A DNA stretch of 64,000 bases from Octopus bimaculoides (GCF_001194135.2 NC_068990.1:17924175-17988174); one strand, 5' to 3'. Shown: positions 49,754 through 63,993, counted from the stretch's first letter. The notes: generated by a model from the sequence alone, not told the origin. A program made the numbers and translations.

Positions 49754-49859
49754 TCGACCGGGTATCTTCTGTGTGTGTACCTTTGTTTCCTTGTGTGCAC
49801 GCATGTTTGTGTGTGCTTGCGTATGGGTTTATGTGTCTATATAAACTGTGGGTATTGGG

Positions 49860-50510
49860 GTATGGCACCTATGTATATTTCCTATTTAGCACTGGGGATA
49901 TTTCATTAATGAGGACGTACTCTTGTACTTGTCTGAGTATTGGGTCCTTCAAGTGCCTGGATAAAATACGGATGTTAAGTCGACCCAGTATGCCTCCATG
50001 TTAGTCTTTAGCATGTTGGTAGAGTATGGAAGATCTAGTCTCTCCGCAATGCTTCTAGATGTCTCACTTATATATATTATGTTCTTGTCTTTACAAGTAC
50101 CCTCTATGCACCTTATGCTGTAGACTACATTTCTAGTTCTACAATTAACGCCAGGGTTAATCTTACATACCGTGCAGTTATCATGGGGGTGTGTCCTATA
50201 TAGTTGTGATCTGATGGAGCTCCCTGGCTTTTCAACGATTTTAATGTTGAGTTTAGCCTCCTTCAGAGCTTTTCTAAACCTATGGACTAGTTCTCCATGG
50301 GCTGTGGCCTCTTCAAACATCACTCCTTGATATCAATCGGTTTTGTAACACGTGTTTACCCTGTTTGCTTTGTCACAAACTCTTTGTATCCTATTCCAGT
50401 CTTTACTTCTATATCTAGGGCAGGCACCACTGGTTTCATTACTTATAATACTAACTTCTTTCTAGCAATCCTGTATACCCGAACCCTATCTTTCTGATCA
50501 TATCCTATCT
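49860..50510 (-). mobile_element. PLE linker plus GIY-YIG endonuclease remnant (different family)
   Basis: GYDQKDRVRVYRIARKK, IKIVEKPGSSIRSQL, CTVCK...NCRTRNVVYSIRC..C..IYISETSRSIAER, DPILRQVQEYVLINEISPVLNRK. Confidence 0.85.
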
Positions 50511-51101
50511 TTCTGAGAGAAAAAGAGAGAAATAAATTTGTAATATATATAGAGAGATAATTTGATTAGACATGCACAATAGATTTTGACTGCTGTGCTC
50601 TCACGTATATGGTTTTACACGATGCAAATGCAGTTAAATGATTTTTGTTAGCTTCGATAAATACAGGACACATTATTTTTTAAAATACCACCGAAGCCAA
50701 TGTCTATAATTAGTACTCGAAAAATTTGATGCATTATTATATTTGTTGGCGAAAACTGAAGACGTTGATATATTTGCATAGTTATTTTACCAGAAACAAA
50801 GTACTTTGTTCAGCAACGCTAAATATATACAATATGTATATTTATCTTGATTTATGTATAACCAGATTTATTTTTCTTCGTGTCAAATACGCTAAGCTGT
50901 TTTTACTTTTCAAACGTATAAAACTCAGAAATAGAAATTTTGTCTCTTAGAGTTGTTTGCTAAAAGTTAATACACTAAGATGAATACGCAAATTATATGT
51001 ATCTATCAACACATAACATATGAGTAACATCATGATGTTACACGCTATTTTGTGTATGTGTGTATAAACGTATAATCTATAATTGTATATATATGTATGT
51101 A

Positions 51102-51140
<39 letters not shown>

Positions 51141-51145
51141 ATATA

Positions 51146-51590
51146 CAGGGTGCGGTGAATATATTGTCATCTAAATTACTCAAAAATGAAAATAACATTG
51201 ACATCTCATTTTAACAGATATATTTACCAAAATTACATAAAAATTTCTTGAAATACTAAAGAGCAAATTTATTCAATAAAATTACCATTATCTTCAACCC
51301 CAGCCTCCAGACGACATCGGAATATCCTGCAACTCTTCTGGACGGTCTCTTTGTTTAAGTTGGTGAATGCTTCCTTAATCCTTGCCTTCAGTTCATCTTT
51401 GGTGTCACAAAGAAATTTGTTGGTCTCTCGCTCAACTGCACCCCACAAATAATAATCAAGGGGGTTGAAGTCTGGGGAGTTAGATGGTCAGATGTTAGGA
51501 GTGATGTGGTCGCAGAAATTATCTGACAGCCATGACTAGGTTCTACTGCTTGTGTACATGTTTTGGGGGCACAACAAGCCAACTGTTGTA
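51146..51590 (-). mobile_element. Tc1/mariner (maT/DD37D-like) 3'-end fragment
   Basis: TA|cagggtg TIR, minus-strand PNSPDFNPLDYYLWGAVERETN. Same family as 59975-61166. Confidence 0.75.
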
Positions 51591-52604
51591 CCTAATTACA
51601 GGTTTATTTCACGAAATGATACAGCTTCGATCAGTTCCTGATCGAATTAAACTGCGCACTACTTCATTTTACTTGCTAACTTTGTTAACTGAAGCTACTC
51701 ATCTACTCTAGATATCCCTCGATCTGAATCTTCTGCTTCAATTAACGATAACCAAATTGTCATTTATGGTCTCAAAACTTCTTTATATTTACCTTTGAAC
51801 TTGACCTGCCGTGTAACTGGCATTTTACGCCAATGTTAACTCATACAGCCGCATGCTTAGGCTTCAGTGCCAATATAGGCAAACATACTCGCATAACTGT
51901 TGCTACATTAAGTTTGCCTTATACAACCAGCTGGCCCCGTGCCGTAAAAAATGACGGCTAATTGTAGGAGAGCACCCCCCCCCCACACACACATTAAAAA
52001 AATTTAGCAAAAATACAACAAACGGAAAATTTTACAAAAACATAAACAGAAAGTTCGTAGCTAATTCCTCATCAGTCAACGTTCAAAAGATCATTTCAAT
52101 TTCGCGCCTTTAACGTTGATATTGTTCACTTTTGGTGGACAATATAGCTAACAAACGTACAAGACAATGACGAAGACAAACACGACAAAATAAAATATAC
52201 TTATACAGCAAAAAACTCCGTGCGACCGCAAGAAGGGCAGATATGGGGTAACGCAAAGGAAAATGAAAATGTCCTGTAAGACTGGAGACGTGAGAAGTAC
52301 AGACAGAAAGTAAGAACGAAGGAAGAGATAAAGTATTAGGGAGGGAAAGAAAGAGAGGGAGGAAGGCAAAAAGAAAGGCAAAGAAAGAGAAAGAGAGGGA
52401 GGAAGGCAAAAAGAAAGGCAAAGAAAGAGAAAGAAAGCGACAAATACAGACGTCGCACAAAAGACATTTCAAATATATTGTCAGGAGCGTTACATATTTC
52501 AAAAATTTAACAAACACGCACGCACGCACACACACACACACGCACGCACACACACACACACACACACATTCATAAGAAAGTCCCAAACGAAGCGAGAAGC
52601 CACT

Positions 52605-52642
<38 letters not shown>

Positions 52643-52659
52643 CTATGAAGAAAGAGAAA

Positions 52660-52975
52660 TTAATACGAAAGGGATGAATTTACTTTAGACTTGAAAAAGT
52701 TCAGCTCGTAAGAAGGAAGGAAACAATGAGATGGATGCGAGTTCCAAAGTCTGGTAGTTCGAGGAAAGAAAAAAAAAAGCTACGATCATAGAAAGACTTC
52801 CTTATTCGTAGAAGTACAACAACATTTGGATGAAAAGGCGGTGAGATTCAAGTTAATCGAAATACCTCAAAGTGATCTAGAATCATGAGAGAGAGTTCAT
52901 CAGAGCACTTCCTGTGGCAATTACGATAGAGGAAACTAAGACTGGCCACGTTACGTCCATGTGACGCGTGTAGGT
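52660..52975 (-). mobile_element. L2/CR1/Jockey-group LINE 3' end
   Basis: Minus strand RNVASLSFLYRNCHRKCSDEL..HPNVV..FPRTTRLWNSHP..FKSKV. Confidence 0.65.
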
Positions 52976-55249
52976 CATTATAACATACTGTATATAACTA
53001 TAAAATAAATTTTGTGGATGTACAAGTCTCCAAACACTTTATTATCATTAATAATAATATATAGATATTTATATATACATACATATATATATATACATAT
53101 ACATATATACTTATGTATGCGCATGTATCTATCTATTTATCTATTCATATATATGTGTGTGTGTTCCTATTGAAAGAGAGAGAGAGAGAGAGAGGGGGAG
53201 AGCGTGTATGAGAGAGAACCGAACCCAACCTGATTACATTGACATTCCATTTCAAGAAACAGCTCTTAACTGAAATATTAACAACAGAGCGAGACAAGTG
53301 AAAATCTTGTGGAATGAATTCTAAAGCATGGGTGTAGATAATTGAATTGCCACTGAGCGTAGGCAAGAGCATTACATGGAATTCTATAGAGAATTGGTTA
53401 GATAACGTTATGTATTTATCATCACTATTTAAGTTGGCCGTCTAAAAATCGATAGTTGTGTCTGTATTAGCGATTACATTCAGCCCAAGAACTTTATTCA
53501 TGTAAAAAAAAAACAAGACAAAACAAAAAACAAAAACAAAATCAACAACAACAAAATAAACTAAAATGCAAATAAAAATACAATAATAATAATAATAATA
53601 ATAACTGCGAAAAATTCCAAACCAACACCAAGAATTGATACTGTTTCATGAAATTAATAATGTGTTCTATCTATGGTAAATGGCCATAACATTTTTACAT
53701 ATTTTTCAGTATCGGTATGGTATTTAGTCGATCCAGAAACATAATCATTATCTACTTTTATCAGTGCTGCAGAGAGGAATGGTAAATAGATCTTCTCTGA
53801 AATTTGAACTCACAATGTAAAGGAGTTTTATTTAGTAGGGACAGAGCAGCGTCTGTAATGTTTTCGTAGAGCTTCTGTGACTTTGTAAGGAAGCAAATTA
53901 AGAAAAAGACGTTTCATAGAATACTTTTGCATACCAGAAGCCTCGTACGAATACTTGCTAAAGAAATCCATGGATCATCATATGACAATTTTAAACAAGG
54001 CGTTGGAATGGATCAAGTGTACTGCCTTATCACACTGTTTTCTAATATAGACATAAGGTCTTGAATTTTAGGGATTTCTATTATAGACATAAATTTTAGT
54101 ATAGTCACTTAAATCGACCCATGCAATGACTGGTACCTTATCAACCCTATGAAGGATAAAAAACAAGTTGATTCTGACGATGTTTGAAGTTAGAATGCAA
54201 AAGGTTGTAACTAGACACCGCTAGGTATTTTGTCCCACTCTGTAATTCGATGTCTAATAGGAAATGAGTAAGTGCTTTCTGGTATTTACACTGTACGACA
54301 CCAGATAGGTGTCTTGCGGTATTTAGTTTCGTTTCTCCATATCTTTCATATCAATCTTAAGCGCAGCAATTTGGTAGAATCGTTAGAGCGTCGGGAAAAA
54401 ATACTCGTTATGTTAGTTCAAATTCCACCAAGGTCAACTTTTTCCTCTCATCCTTTCAAGGCCGTTAAATAAAGACCAATAAGTAATGGGGTCAATTGAA
54501 CCAACTAATACCCTTTATATCTATACTTGGTCTTGTACCTAAATCTGAAACCATTCTGAGTTTAAATCATGACTTTTATTTCCGTTGCATTTTGTAGATC
54601 TATAGTGGAACGGCATCTAGATAGGTATAGACATTTAATTGCAAATAATCTGGCTTGATAGTCAATAAACAGTCCCAGTACAACACCAGCAGCATTCACC
54701 AGGGAGTAATAACCAACTAGATGGCACTGTTGGATTTATGAAAATTGTGCAAGATCGCTTCAAATAAACATTGCCCCCATCTGAAGTGTTAGATGGATCG
54801 ACCCTAACTCCTTTAATTTCTCATTGCTATCCATTCCCTCTTATCGATCATGCACTATCTTCTATTTTTGCTGATAGATAAATCAAGTGCTAATTCAATA
54901 ATAAAATTGAACATTAAATTACTGTTGTGTTAACAGCGTTTCGTTTCGTTGCTCAAACCATAATTTTTTTTAGCCAACAATGCGTTACGACGATTGTAAA
55001 CAATTTATCTATCCAATACATGTGCGGACATAAAAATGGGAACAACTCTATGTACATTTGAATTCTTTGTGGAGTTTTTGTAGGTCATCATTTTCGTGGG
55101 TCTTAGTCATTAATTGATCGTTTGTAAAATGCAATATAGGCTGTTTGTGAAGGTGAAAATGATCGCAATAATATTTTTGTAAGCTTCTATATCTTTTATT
55201 ATTCGGAACATTTGCATTTTGATATGTACAACAATTATGAGCTTTGAAC

Positions 55250-55545
55250 TGGTTTATCACCCTCCCGATTCTCCTGATTTGACCTCATCTGATTATCATC
55301 TGCTCCTCAATGTGAAAGAAATTTGCTGGGAACCTGTATCGCAGTGATGACGTCATTTCTGCTGTTGAGGACTTTTTTGACCAAGCAGGATTAGAGCTTC
55401 TTCACCCATGGGATCCAAGCACAACCACACCGATTGAAAAAATTAGTAGATCGCAAGGGGAACCATGTCGAAAAATAAACCTCATTTGGTCACATTCCAT
55501 GAGAGCATCTTCGTCAGCCTATGAACTTCTCAGCCGACCTTAGTA
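55250..55545 (+). mobile_element. Mariner 3'-end fragment
   Basis: HPPDSPDLTSSDYHL and a terminal cagcctatgaacttctcagccgacc. Confidence 0.75.
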
Positions 55546-56319
55546 TTTGAATTATTTTAGTGAATGTGATAGTTGAAAGTCTTCACTGCATTACCGTAAA
55601 AATCTTCCATAAATGTGTGCGAATTTGGTTTGTTTCCAATATTTTATTTTTCGTAACAATTATTGTGCCTAGCATAGCAGCTCATGCTTGTTCAGAGCTC
55701 CCTAACCTACGACACTCGGTCTCCCATCTGCAATACGGCCGTGTTACACTTAGGGCAATTTTTTGATACATTTTAAAATAAATAAAAACGCATCTTATAC
55801 AACGGGAAATATGGTATATATTATTATGAGAAGTGTGTAAAGTTTGGTTCTAGCAGACTCTAAGAAGAACATTAAGATACAAAGAAGGTAACGCCCGAAA
55901 GCTTTCATGTAACTTTTCTGAGTTTCCTTCGTGAAATTCACGGAAATCTTCTCTTGAAAGGTGTTTCTACGACGACGTTAATCAATGTTTTCTGCTTTAT
56001 TAAATGGTAGACTTTTGATTTGTATTAAGATATTTCTTTTGTGACCATAGTAATTGAAAAATGGTGTACTACAGTTATTTTTCAAAGTAGAAAATCTATT
56101 TCAACTATAATTATAAATGTTATATTTTCTAAATATTTTTTCAAAAAATAACTTTTAGCTGTTATATTATATATTCTTGACACACCAATTCATTTTCTTT
56201 AAAGTTTGACACGTGAAGATCACTTCGGTATATCACAGACGTTATTTTTTTGGCCTTAATTGTCTTTAATTTTTAAAGCTTATATTCCAACTTAATATGA
56301 TAGAGTGGTGTCTGTTTCG

Positions 56320-56556
56320 GTATCTGTATTGCTTTTATTCTTTTACTTGTTTCAGTTATTAGACTGTGCCCATGCTGGTGCATCACTTTCAAGGATATAC
56401 TCGATCAAATCGACTCGGTACTTCATTCTTTTGAAATTCCTGCATTTATTCTATCGGACTCGTTTTGCCGAACTGCTAATGTTACGGGAACATAAAAACA
56501 CCAACACTAGTTGGGTTCTCAAGTGGTGTGGAGGGACAAAAACAAAGATTGCACGC

Positions 56557-56587
<31 letters not shown>

Positions 56588-56935
56588 GACGCGCGCGCAC
56601 GCCTCCCACAAGTTTTTAATTTTTGGGACACAACCTTGAAGGCTTTTGCCAAATAAATCGATTCCAGTTTTTTTCTAAGCCTGATACTTATTTTATAATT
56701 CTCTTTTTGCTGAACCGTTAGGTAATACTTATACACATACATACATACATACATACATACATACATACATACATGCGTGTATACGTACGTGTAACGGGCT
56801 TCCACATAGCTTCCGCTTACCAAAGTCACCTGAAAAGTATTGGTTTGCCTGGAGCCAAACTACAATTGGACTGGACATAAAACCACGTGGTTGTAAAGCT
56901 AACTTTTTAACCACACAGCCATACCTGTGCTTATT
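56320..56935 (-). mobile_element. Two SINE family A fragments (56320-56560 and 56790-56935)
   Basis: tttacttgtttcagt..ttttgccgaactgcta and aaaccacgtggttg..tttttaaccacacagcc. Confidence 0.55.
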
Positions 56936-57366
56936 ACACACACACACACACGCGCATTATGTCTGTCTTTTACGCTCTTCGTTGAAAATCAAGTTTTTGC
57001 CACCATTGTAATTGAAAATCGTTGTAATGGTTTTCAACGCAGAAATATTTCAACTTAGCTACGGCTTTTATAGATTTTATAATTCATTTTAGTTAGTGTA
57101 TTAGAAATTTCATGAAATATCAATTTGTAAAATTTTGACACATTTGTAAGTCTCTTAACCTCGATGATAATTTAATCGTACTTTTTCATTTGTTCACTTT
57201 TTCCCAATGAATTGTCTTCTCACCGAGACACATAGCCTAATTAAACTATGTTTAATATGATGATATTACACACACACACACACACACGTGTGTGTGTGTT
57301 AAATAAAATGAGGCAACAGAGCCAAGGCTGTGTGGAATTTTCATGACATTTATAAAGAGAAAATTA

Positions 57367-57414
57367 GTCTTACAGCTGTTTCTGGGACATTAAGGATATC
57401 CCTTCATCAGAGAC
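57367..57414 (-). ncRNA. Minimal type I hammerhead ribozyme motif
   Basis: gucu CUGAUGA a ggga-loop-uccc a GAAA CAGCUG UA agac. Canonical core, stem I, stem II and palindromic stem III ACAGCUGU. A:A mismatch at the base of stem II. Confidence 0.7.
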
Positions 57415-57930
57415 GATGTGAGATGGTCAAATAGAAGGAAATAGTAGAGTTCAATATAGGGAGTTATTTTGGAAAAGGATGGAAATAAGAAGTATAAAAG
57501 GAAATAAGAGAATAAAAGTAAAAATAAAAATATATGTAGGATGTTATAGTTGCAGTTCCATTATCCAAGGAAAGCGGTGTGTAGAAGTGGTAGAAATGCT
57601 TCTTGTCCATGGTATGTAAATTCCGATAGGAGTTCATATTTTGTTATTACAAATGGAAAGTGTGGAGACGTAGATTCAAAGGGCTCTTGTGGTGTGAGTG
57701 AGATTTTGAGAATGTAGTGTTAGTATTAAGTAGATAGAGAGGAGAGAAAAGATGCGTATGTTAAAATGGGGAGAATGGTCCTGAAAATTTCACACAGCAT
57801 TGGCTTTGTTGTCTCGTTTTATTTAACATATACATGCTCATACAAGACTCCTTACTCGTATTATTATCGAACCGAGAGTTTAACTACGGTCCTTCCATAG
57901 CACTTACATAGTTTTGCCTGCAACCTTGGG
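57415..57930 (-). mobile_element. Decayed PLE 3' region upstream of the hammerhead motif
   Basis: Minus-strand KLCKCYGRTVVKLSVR**YE*GVLYEH is weakly GIY-YIG-like and lies in the same orientation as the ribozyme motif. Confidence 0.4.
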
Positions 57931-57955
57931 TCTTCTGGATACCAATACCTCTCTC

Positions 57956-57991
<36 letters not shown>

Positions 57992-57999
57992 CTATATAT

Positions 58000-58030
<31 letters not shown>

Positions 58031-58045
58031 GTATACACGCACACA

Positions 58046-58124
<79 letters not shown>

Positions 58125-58754
58125 CTTTTATTTGTTGGTTGGCTTGTTTCATGCCGAGAATTCTCAGAAGTTATCAAACTTGTCACACAGGGACGTTGCT
58201 TCTAATGATCAACAGCTGTTTCAATATTCAATAGCATAAAGCATCACTATTTATATAATTATGAAATTAAAAACATAATCAATTAAATAATTTGAAACTG
58301 AAGTGTTACTCATAACATCGGGAGACGAATTGTTTCTCCTTAAGACACGGGTTACACATCTTTCGTATTTTGTAATAAATTTCATTATGTATTTTCATTA
58401 TATTGTATAATTAGTTAAGCAATGCATTACTCAATTATATAGATTAGCAATATAGTATATTATTATTTCAATAATTAAATGTTCAATTATATAAATAATG
58501 ATGTTTTATTTCATTGAAACAGCTGCCGAATATAGTTAAATATTGAACCAAATATAAAATGTATGCTTTTCTGCCGTTTATTCTACATATGCTGCTCTCA
58601 ACCATTATTTTAATCGATTGAGGTCACTGTCAATCTTTTTCACGTTATAGTTAATAAATAATAAGTATGTCTTCTACTAAAAAGTATTGAATAGTCCTTC
58701 AATTTCATGTTAAATTGATTATATATATAACTTGAGATAAAAACAAACAATATG

Positions 58755-58990
58755 CGCGTGTGTGTTATTTCTTTACTATCAACAAGGGGCTACATAGGAC
58801 AGGGGGACAAACAAGGACAGGCGAACGGATTAAGTCGATTATATCGACTCCAGTGCGTAACTGGTACTTATTTAATCGACCCCGAAAGGATGAAAGGCAG
58901 ACCTCGGCGGAATTTGAACTCAGAACGTAGCGGTAGACGAAATACCGCTAAGCATTTCGCCCGGCGTGCTAACGCTTCTGCCAGCTGCCG
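58755..58990 (-). mobile_element. Well-preserved SINE family B copy
   Basis: taatcgaccccgaaaggatgaaaggcagacctcggcggaatttgaactcagaacg..ataccgctaagcatttcgcccggcgtgctaacg. B-box gagttcaaattcc on the minus strand. Confidence 0.85.
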
Positions 58991-59063
58991 CGCGCGCGAA
59001 TGTGTGTTGATATGTATGTATTTTTAAGATGCAAGTAATTTTTTTATGTGATAGTGTAATAAG

Positions 59064-59097
<34 letters not shown>

Positions 59098-59662
59098 GCA
59101 ATGTGATAGTCACGACTGAGATACCACAGAAACAGTTATAATCCACTTTTATTTGATTATCATTCCGCAATAATAATATTAGTATACTTTATTGAAGCCG
59201 TCACAAACCTTCGATCTACATTTACAACAATCTGCTGGTTGCTGACGTCTTGCTCCAATCAATCTTGGAAACATAAATGTCAAATAAATGACTGTGGCAC
59301 TTAATGATAATATATAAACTGGTCGAGGTAAATGGTTGATTTTAATTGATCATATATCTTCAGTGATACTCAATATGTTTACTTGGAAATTTCACATAAT
59401 ATTCATAATGACATGTTATTTATTGAATATTTAATTATAATTTTATGGTTTTATAATTTTGTAATTCTATGCTTATATAATTTTAGAATTTTATAAAATA
59501 AAATTATAGACGTGCATAAAGAAATTATTTTGCTCTCTTACTCATTATTATCTCACAGCCGCATAGCTATGTCTACGGCTTGAAAAAGTTTGGAGCATTT
59601 TATTTTAACGTGAGCGTACATTTTGATTTATTTCCTATCCCTCTCGTTTACATTGCGTGTTA

Positions 59663-59694
<32 letters not shown>

Positions 59695-59974
59695 NNNNNN
59701 NNNNNNNNNNNNNNNNNNNNNNNNNNNNNNNNNNNNNNNNNNNNNNNNNNNNNNNNNNNNNNNNNNNNNNNNNNNNNNNNNNNNNNNNNNNNNNNNNNNN
59801 NNNNNNNNNNNNNNNNNNNNNNNNNNNNNNNNNNNNNNNNNNNNNNNNNNNNNNNNNNNNNNNNNNNNNNNNNNNNNNNNNNNNNNNNNNNNNNNNNNNN
59901 NNNNNNNNNNNNNNNNNNNNNNNNNNNNNNNNNNNNNNNNNNNNNNNNNNNNNNNNTATATATATATATATATC

Positions 59975-61163
59975 TTGAAATACTGAAGAGTAAATTTATT
60001 TAATAAAATAGCCATTGGCTTCAACCACGGCCTCCAGACGACTTCAAAATATCCTGCAGGTCTTCTGGGCAGTCTCCTTGTTCAAGTTGGTGAATGCTGC
60101 CATAATCCTTGCCTTCAGTTCATCTTTGATGTTAGAAAGAGTTTTGTTGGTCTCTCGCTCAACTGCACCCCACGCATAATAATCAAGGGGCTTTCAGTCT
60201 GGGGAGTTAGGTAACCAGATGTTAGGGGTGATGTGGTCGCAGAAATTGTCTGACAGCCATGACTGGGTTTTCCTGCCTGCGTGGCATGGTACAGTGTCCT
60301 GTTACCAGACGTAGGGTCTTCCAGCAGCCACCCTCTTGACCCAGGGCAACACTCCCTCTTCCATGCACTTGATTTAGGCCTCTGTCTTGACTGTGAGGCC
60401 GTGTGGGAAGATGAACGGAGGCATAATATCGCCACCACTAATCATCACTCCAAACACCATGATGTTGATTGTATGTTTGATTTTTATCACTCTCTGTACA
60501 TATTTTGGGGACACAGTAAGCCAACGGTTGTTCTGTGTGTTCACCATCTGAAATGAAAGTTTTTCTCGCCTGAGAAATACCAAAGCAAGTTCGGTTGGAG
60601 CGGATGTTTGAGTTTGTTGAAAAGCTTCGTAGTGCGGTCTTTTCTCTTGTCCTTGATGGCTTGGGATAAAAATTGGTCCTTTCTCATCTTGTATGATCAA
60701 TAGCGAATGTCTTCATTAACTACCTGCCTGATATAAAAAAAAACTCTGACACTGGCGATGAACCTGATTGACTTGGAGGGATCGTTGTCAATCATGGCCT
60801 GGATCTCATCAACAAATTCAGGAGTTCTTTTCTTATCAGAACAATCGGAGTAAATTTTCCGAGCTGCCGTGCCTTCATAATCACCATTAGACTCATTCAA
60901 CTCTTTTCGAATCTTCTGCACTGTCCTCAGATTGATGTCCAAACACTCTGAAATGTTCGTGCTAGAGCTTCAGGCGTTAATGCCCAGCAGTACAGTATGC
61001 TGTTTCCAAACTTCTGTCAGAGTGAATTACGTCATGGGCTGTTTTACTCACAGACGATACCCAACTGACTCTACTATACTGTGTAGTCGACAAAATCAAA
61101 AACAATCAACGTACATGCACGAAATAAAAAATATAGAATGGTGACAGTTTACCCATCGCACTA

Positions 61164-61166
<3 letters not shown>
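59975..61166 (-). mobile_element. Degenerate Tc1/mariner (maT/DD37D-like) transposon
   Basis: KKRTPEFVDEIQAMIDNDPSKSIR, NTQNNRW, IMVFGVMISGGDIMPPFIF and WLPNSPD*KPLDY. The left TIR relic is at ~61140-61166 and the other end lies near an N-gap. Confidence 0.85.
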
Positions 61167-61259
<93 letters not shown>

Positions 61260-61899
61260 AGAAAACAGAAAATGGAGAAACATTGATGAACAACAATTGT
61301 TTTACATCAATTATTATTTATTAATTCAATACAAATAGACTCCATCCCATCTAACAGCTGTTTCTGCTTCCAATTTTGTATGGTATTGCCATTGATATGC
61401 TAAAAATATTTATCCTATTTGGTAATAAAACTGATCTGAAACATGGAGCTTAATCGGAGTGAAGAATAACTAAAAAAGAAGAGCCTAGAGAAGAAAAAGG
61501 AAAAGTTGAATATGATTATAATCATACCATTTTGCCTGTGTATCTCTTTGGGACGTTAAGTAAATGACTAAACTTAAAATAGTATTTGGTGGGTTAATCC
61601 TTTGTACAGGGGTGGGATAGGATGGATAAATAAAAAATAAATAAAAAATAATAGCGGGATACGCCAATAGGTTTTAGTCGGAGATGGGGTGAAAATACAA
61701 TTAAGTTTTAAACTAATCATAATCATTTTTAATAATTGTGTTTATAGTACTAATTAATAGTATTTATCATAATAAAATGCTAATCGATGAAATGTAATTT
61801 TTTTACTTACTAGTAAAACTATGAACATCAGTATCTCTTACAACATGGATATTTCTCATGTAAGTAAAAATTTTAAACAAACTGCCAGGAGTAAGAATG

Positions 61900-62930
61900 A
61901 ACTACAGGGTAACTAAGGTTAAATGTCCAGATGAGAAAATGATATATACAAAATACGACAACCAATGTATTATTACGTTCTTCTAATTATCCTCATACGT
62001 TTAGGAATATTAATAATAGAGTAAAAAAGCATACCCTTTATATATCTAATAAGGTTTGAAAATCTGAAAATTATACTGCATCTCCTGATAAGAACGACAT
62101 TATTTGGTTTATGATTCCGTTCACTAAGCAAATTATGACTAATTTGGTCGGGACCTTATACAAACTTTTTTCTAAACACTTTACAAAGGAAAATAGATAA
62201 TATGATATTATTAACTCAAGACTTCTTAAAGTTGTCTTTTCTGTATCAAATAATTTGTCCCAGATTATTTTTTCAATTAATGAAAAAAAAAAAATTTAAT
62301 TTTTATAATAATTATAACCGTAGAAAATAAACAATGGTAATGCTCTTAGAAAAAATGCTTGTAAGAAATGTGTACTTGAGTCGTCTAGTGTACAAGGGGA
62401 AACAACCCAAATTATACCCCATTTCAACCTCTTGAGTATGGGTAATATAGCTAATGGCAATCATACTGAAGGTAATGATATAAAGCAGAATAATAATACG
62501 AGTAGTAATGAAAATATATTTTGTGATTGCAAAGTTAGAAGTAAATGTTTGTTTAAAAATTATTGTAAAAAAAAAAAAATGATATTTACAGATGTAACGT
62601 AAAATCTGAAGGTAAGAATTTCTTTTAAGCAGGGACAATGCAAAATTTTATCAAGAGACGAATATCTAACCATATTTACACCTTTCACATTAGGAACAAG
62701 TCTTCTAGTACCAGCCTCAGTAAATATATTTGGGACCTGAAAGACAAGAAAAAGAGTTTTTCTGTGGAGCGGGAAATTATAAGCAAGGCTACTGCTTATA
62801 AGATTGGAAATTCTTTCTGTTTTTTCTGTCTTGAAGAATTGTACCAAATCCATTTTTCCAGGTTGCTTTTTCATGTTTACGCATGTAAATGGTCTCTCAA
62901 AAACTATCATTAGATATTTTATTATCATAA
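61900..62930 (+). mobile_element. Penelope-like element, RT thumb to endonuclease remnant
   Basis: IIWFMIPFTKQIMTNLVG..KHF, then FIKRRISNHIYTF...STSLSKYIWDLKDKK...IISKATAY....CFFCLEE. Same group as 4200-4860. Confidence 0.8.
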
Positions 62931-63757
62931 ATAAATCAATTACATATTAAAGCTGCTAGTACTTTGAATCGGTTATTTTAGTAGATATCATATAAATATT
63001 AAATATCATATTAGATATTGATATTAAAATATACTGACATTCATCTCTTCCGATGGTACCCAGAGAAACTTCATAGGACTCACTGCTAACGAATTCCAAG
63101 GGCAATATAAATAACTGGTCATCTCTAGATCTAGAGACAAATTAAATCATATTTCGTTGTCTTGTTTTACGCAGGAGATCAGAAAGCTATATCGTGTAAC
63201 ATCATCGACAGAACTCTCCAATATTTCAGTAGAGCATATAACTATAGACACTGCTTCTCTGAGTAATCATTAGTATCTTTTTGCAAAAAATACCACGTAT
63301 ATTCTACTTACTGGGACGTTTATAAATGATCGGCCAGGAAAATAGCATAAGCCAAATTATATAAACAGAGGAGAATAACGAAGAGTAGAAGCCCTTGCAA
63401 ACAAAAGTTATGCTTGACCCGTCTGTCTCCTTTACATTCTAGCAGAAAAAAATTGTGTTTCACAACAAATTTTATCGCGTGACCCGCTTTGATCAATGCA
63501 AACTAGATTTACCAATGACTAATAAGAGCTGTCTTTCAAGTCAAATGTAGTGTATTTCTGTAGATATGTCTCAAGATATGTCTCATACGCAAATATGCAC
63601 AAATAGGTGAAACAGAACTCAATACACACGGCAAATCATATATATTTCTGTATTTATTAGCTCTTCCACTATATACATATACATACACACACATACATGC
63701 ATACATACATACATACATACATACATACATACATACATTTATACATACGTACATACA

Positions 63758-63788
<31 letters not shown>

Positions 63789-63962
63789 GCGTGTCTATGT
63801 CTGTGTGACTGTCCTTATGTATGTATGCATGTGTGTACATATGTATACAGGCACCACACAAAAATTTGTATAAATAGGAGAAATAGCACTCAATACACAA
63901 TGTAGAGCATAACAGCTAATTATTAGCTCTTGCATTAATATGTATACTTGTTTGTATATATG

Positions 63963-63993
<31 letters not shown>

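Larger units (their letters stand above)
13319..59956. other. Eleven assembly gaps (N runs)
   Basis: 13319-13368, 15149-15395, 19776-20046, 21285-21294, 31909-32242, 35740-35839, 45030-45075, 45590-45678, 46516-46961, 48053-48392, 59695-59956. Most abut microsatellites. Confidence 0.98.

Noticed and set aside
52330-52440. ~40-bp purine-rich direct repeat
   Set aside because: This is simple slippage in a low-complexity (GA)-rich tract.
52050-58250. Further hammerhead-like scraps (52055-52078 minus, ~58210-58240 minus; also ~12124-12155 plus and ~51620-51650)
   Set aside because: Only half of the core is present or stem II is missing, so they are too decayed to call.
15067-60024. Long ORFs dominated by X, YI, CV or TH runs
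   Set aside because: These are artefacts of N-gaps and dinucleotide or trinucleotide microsatellites.
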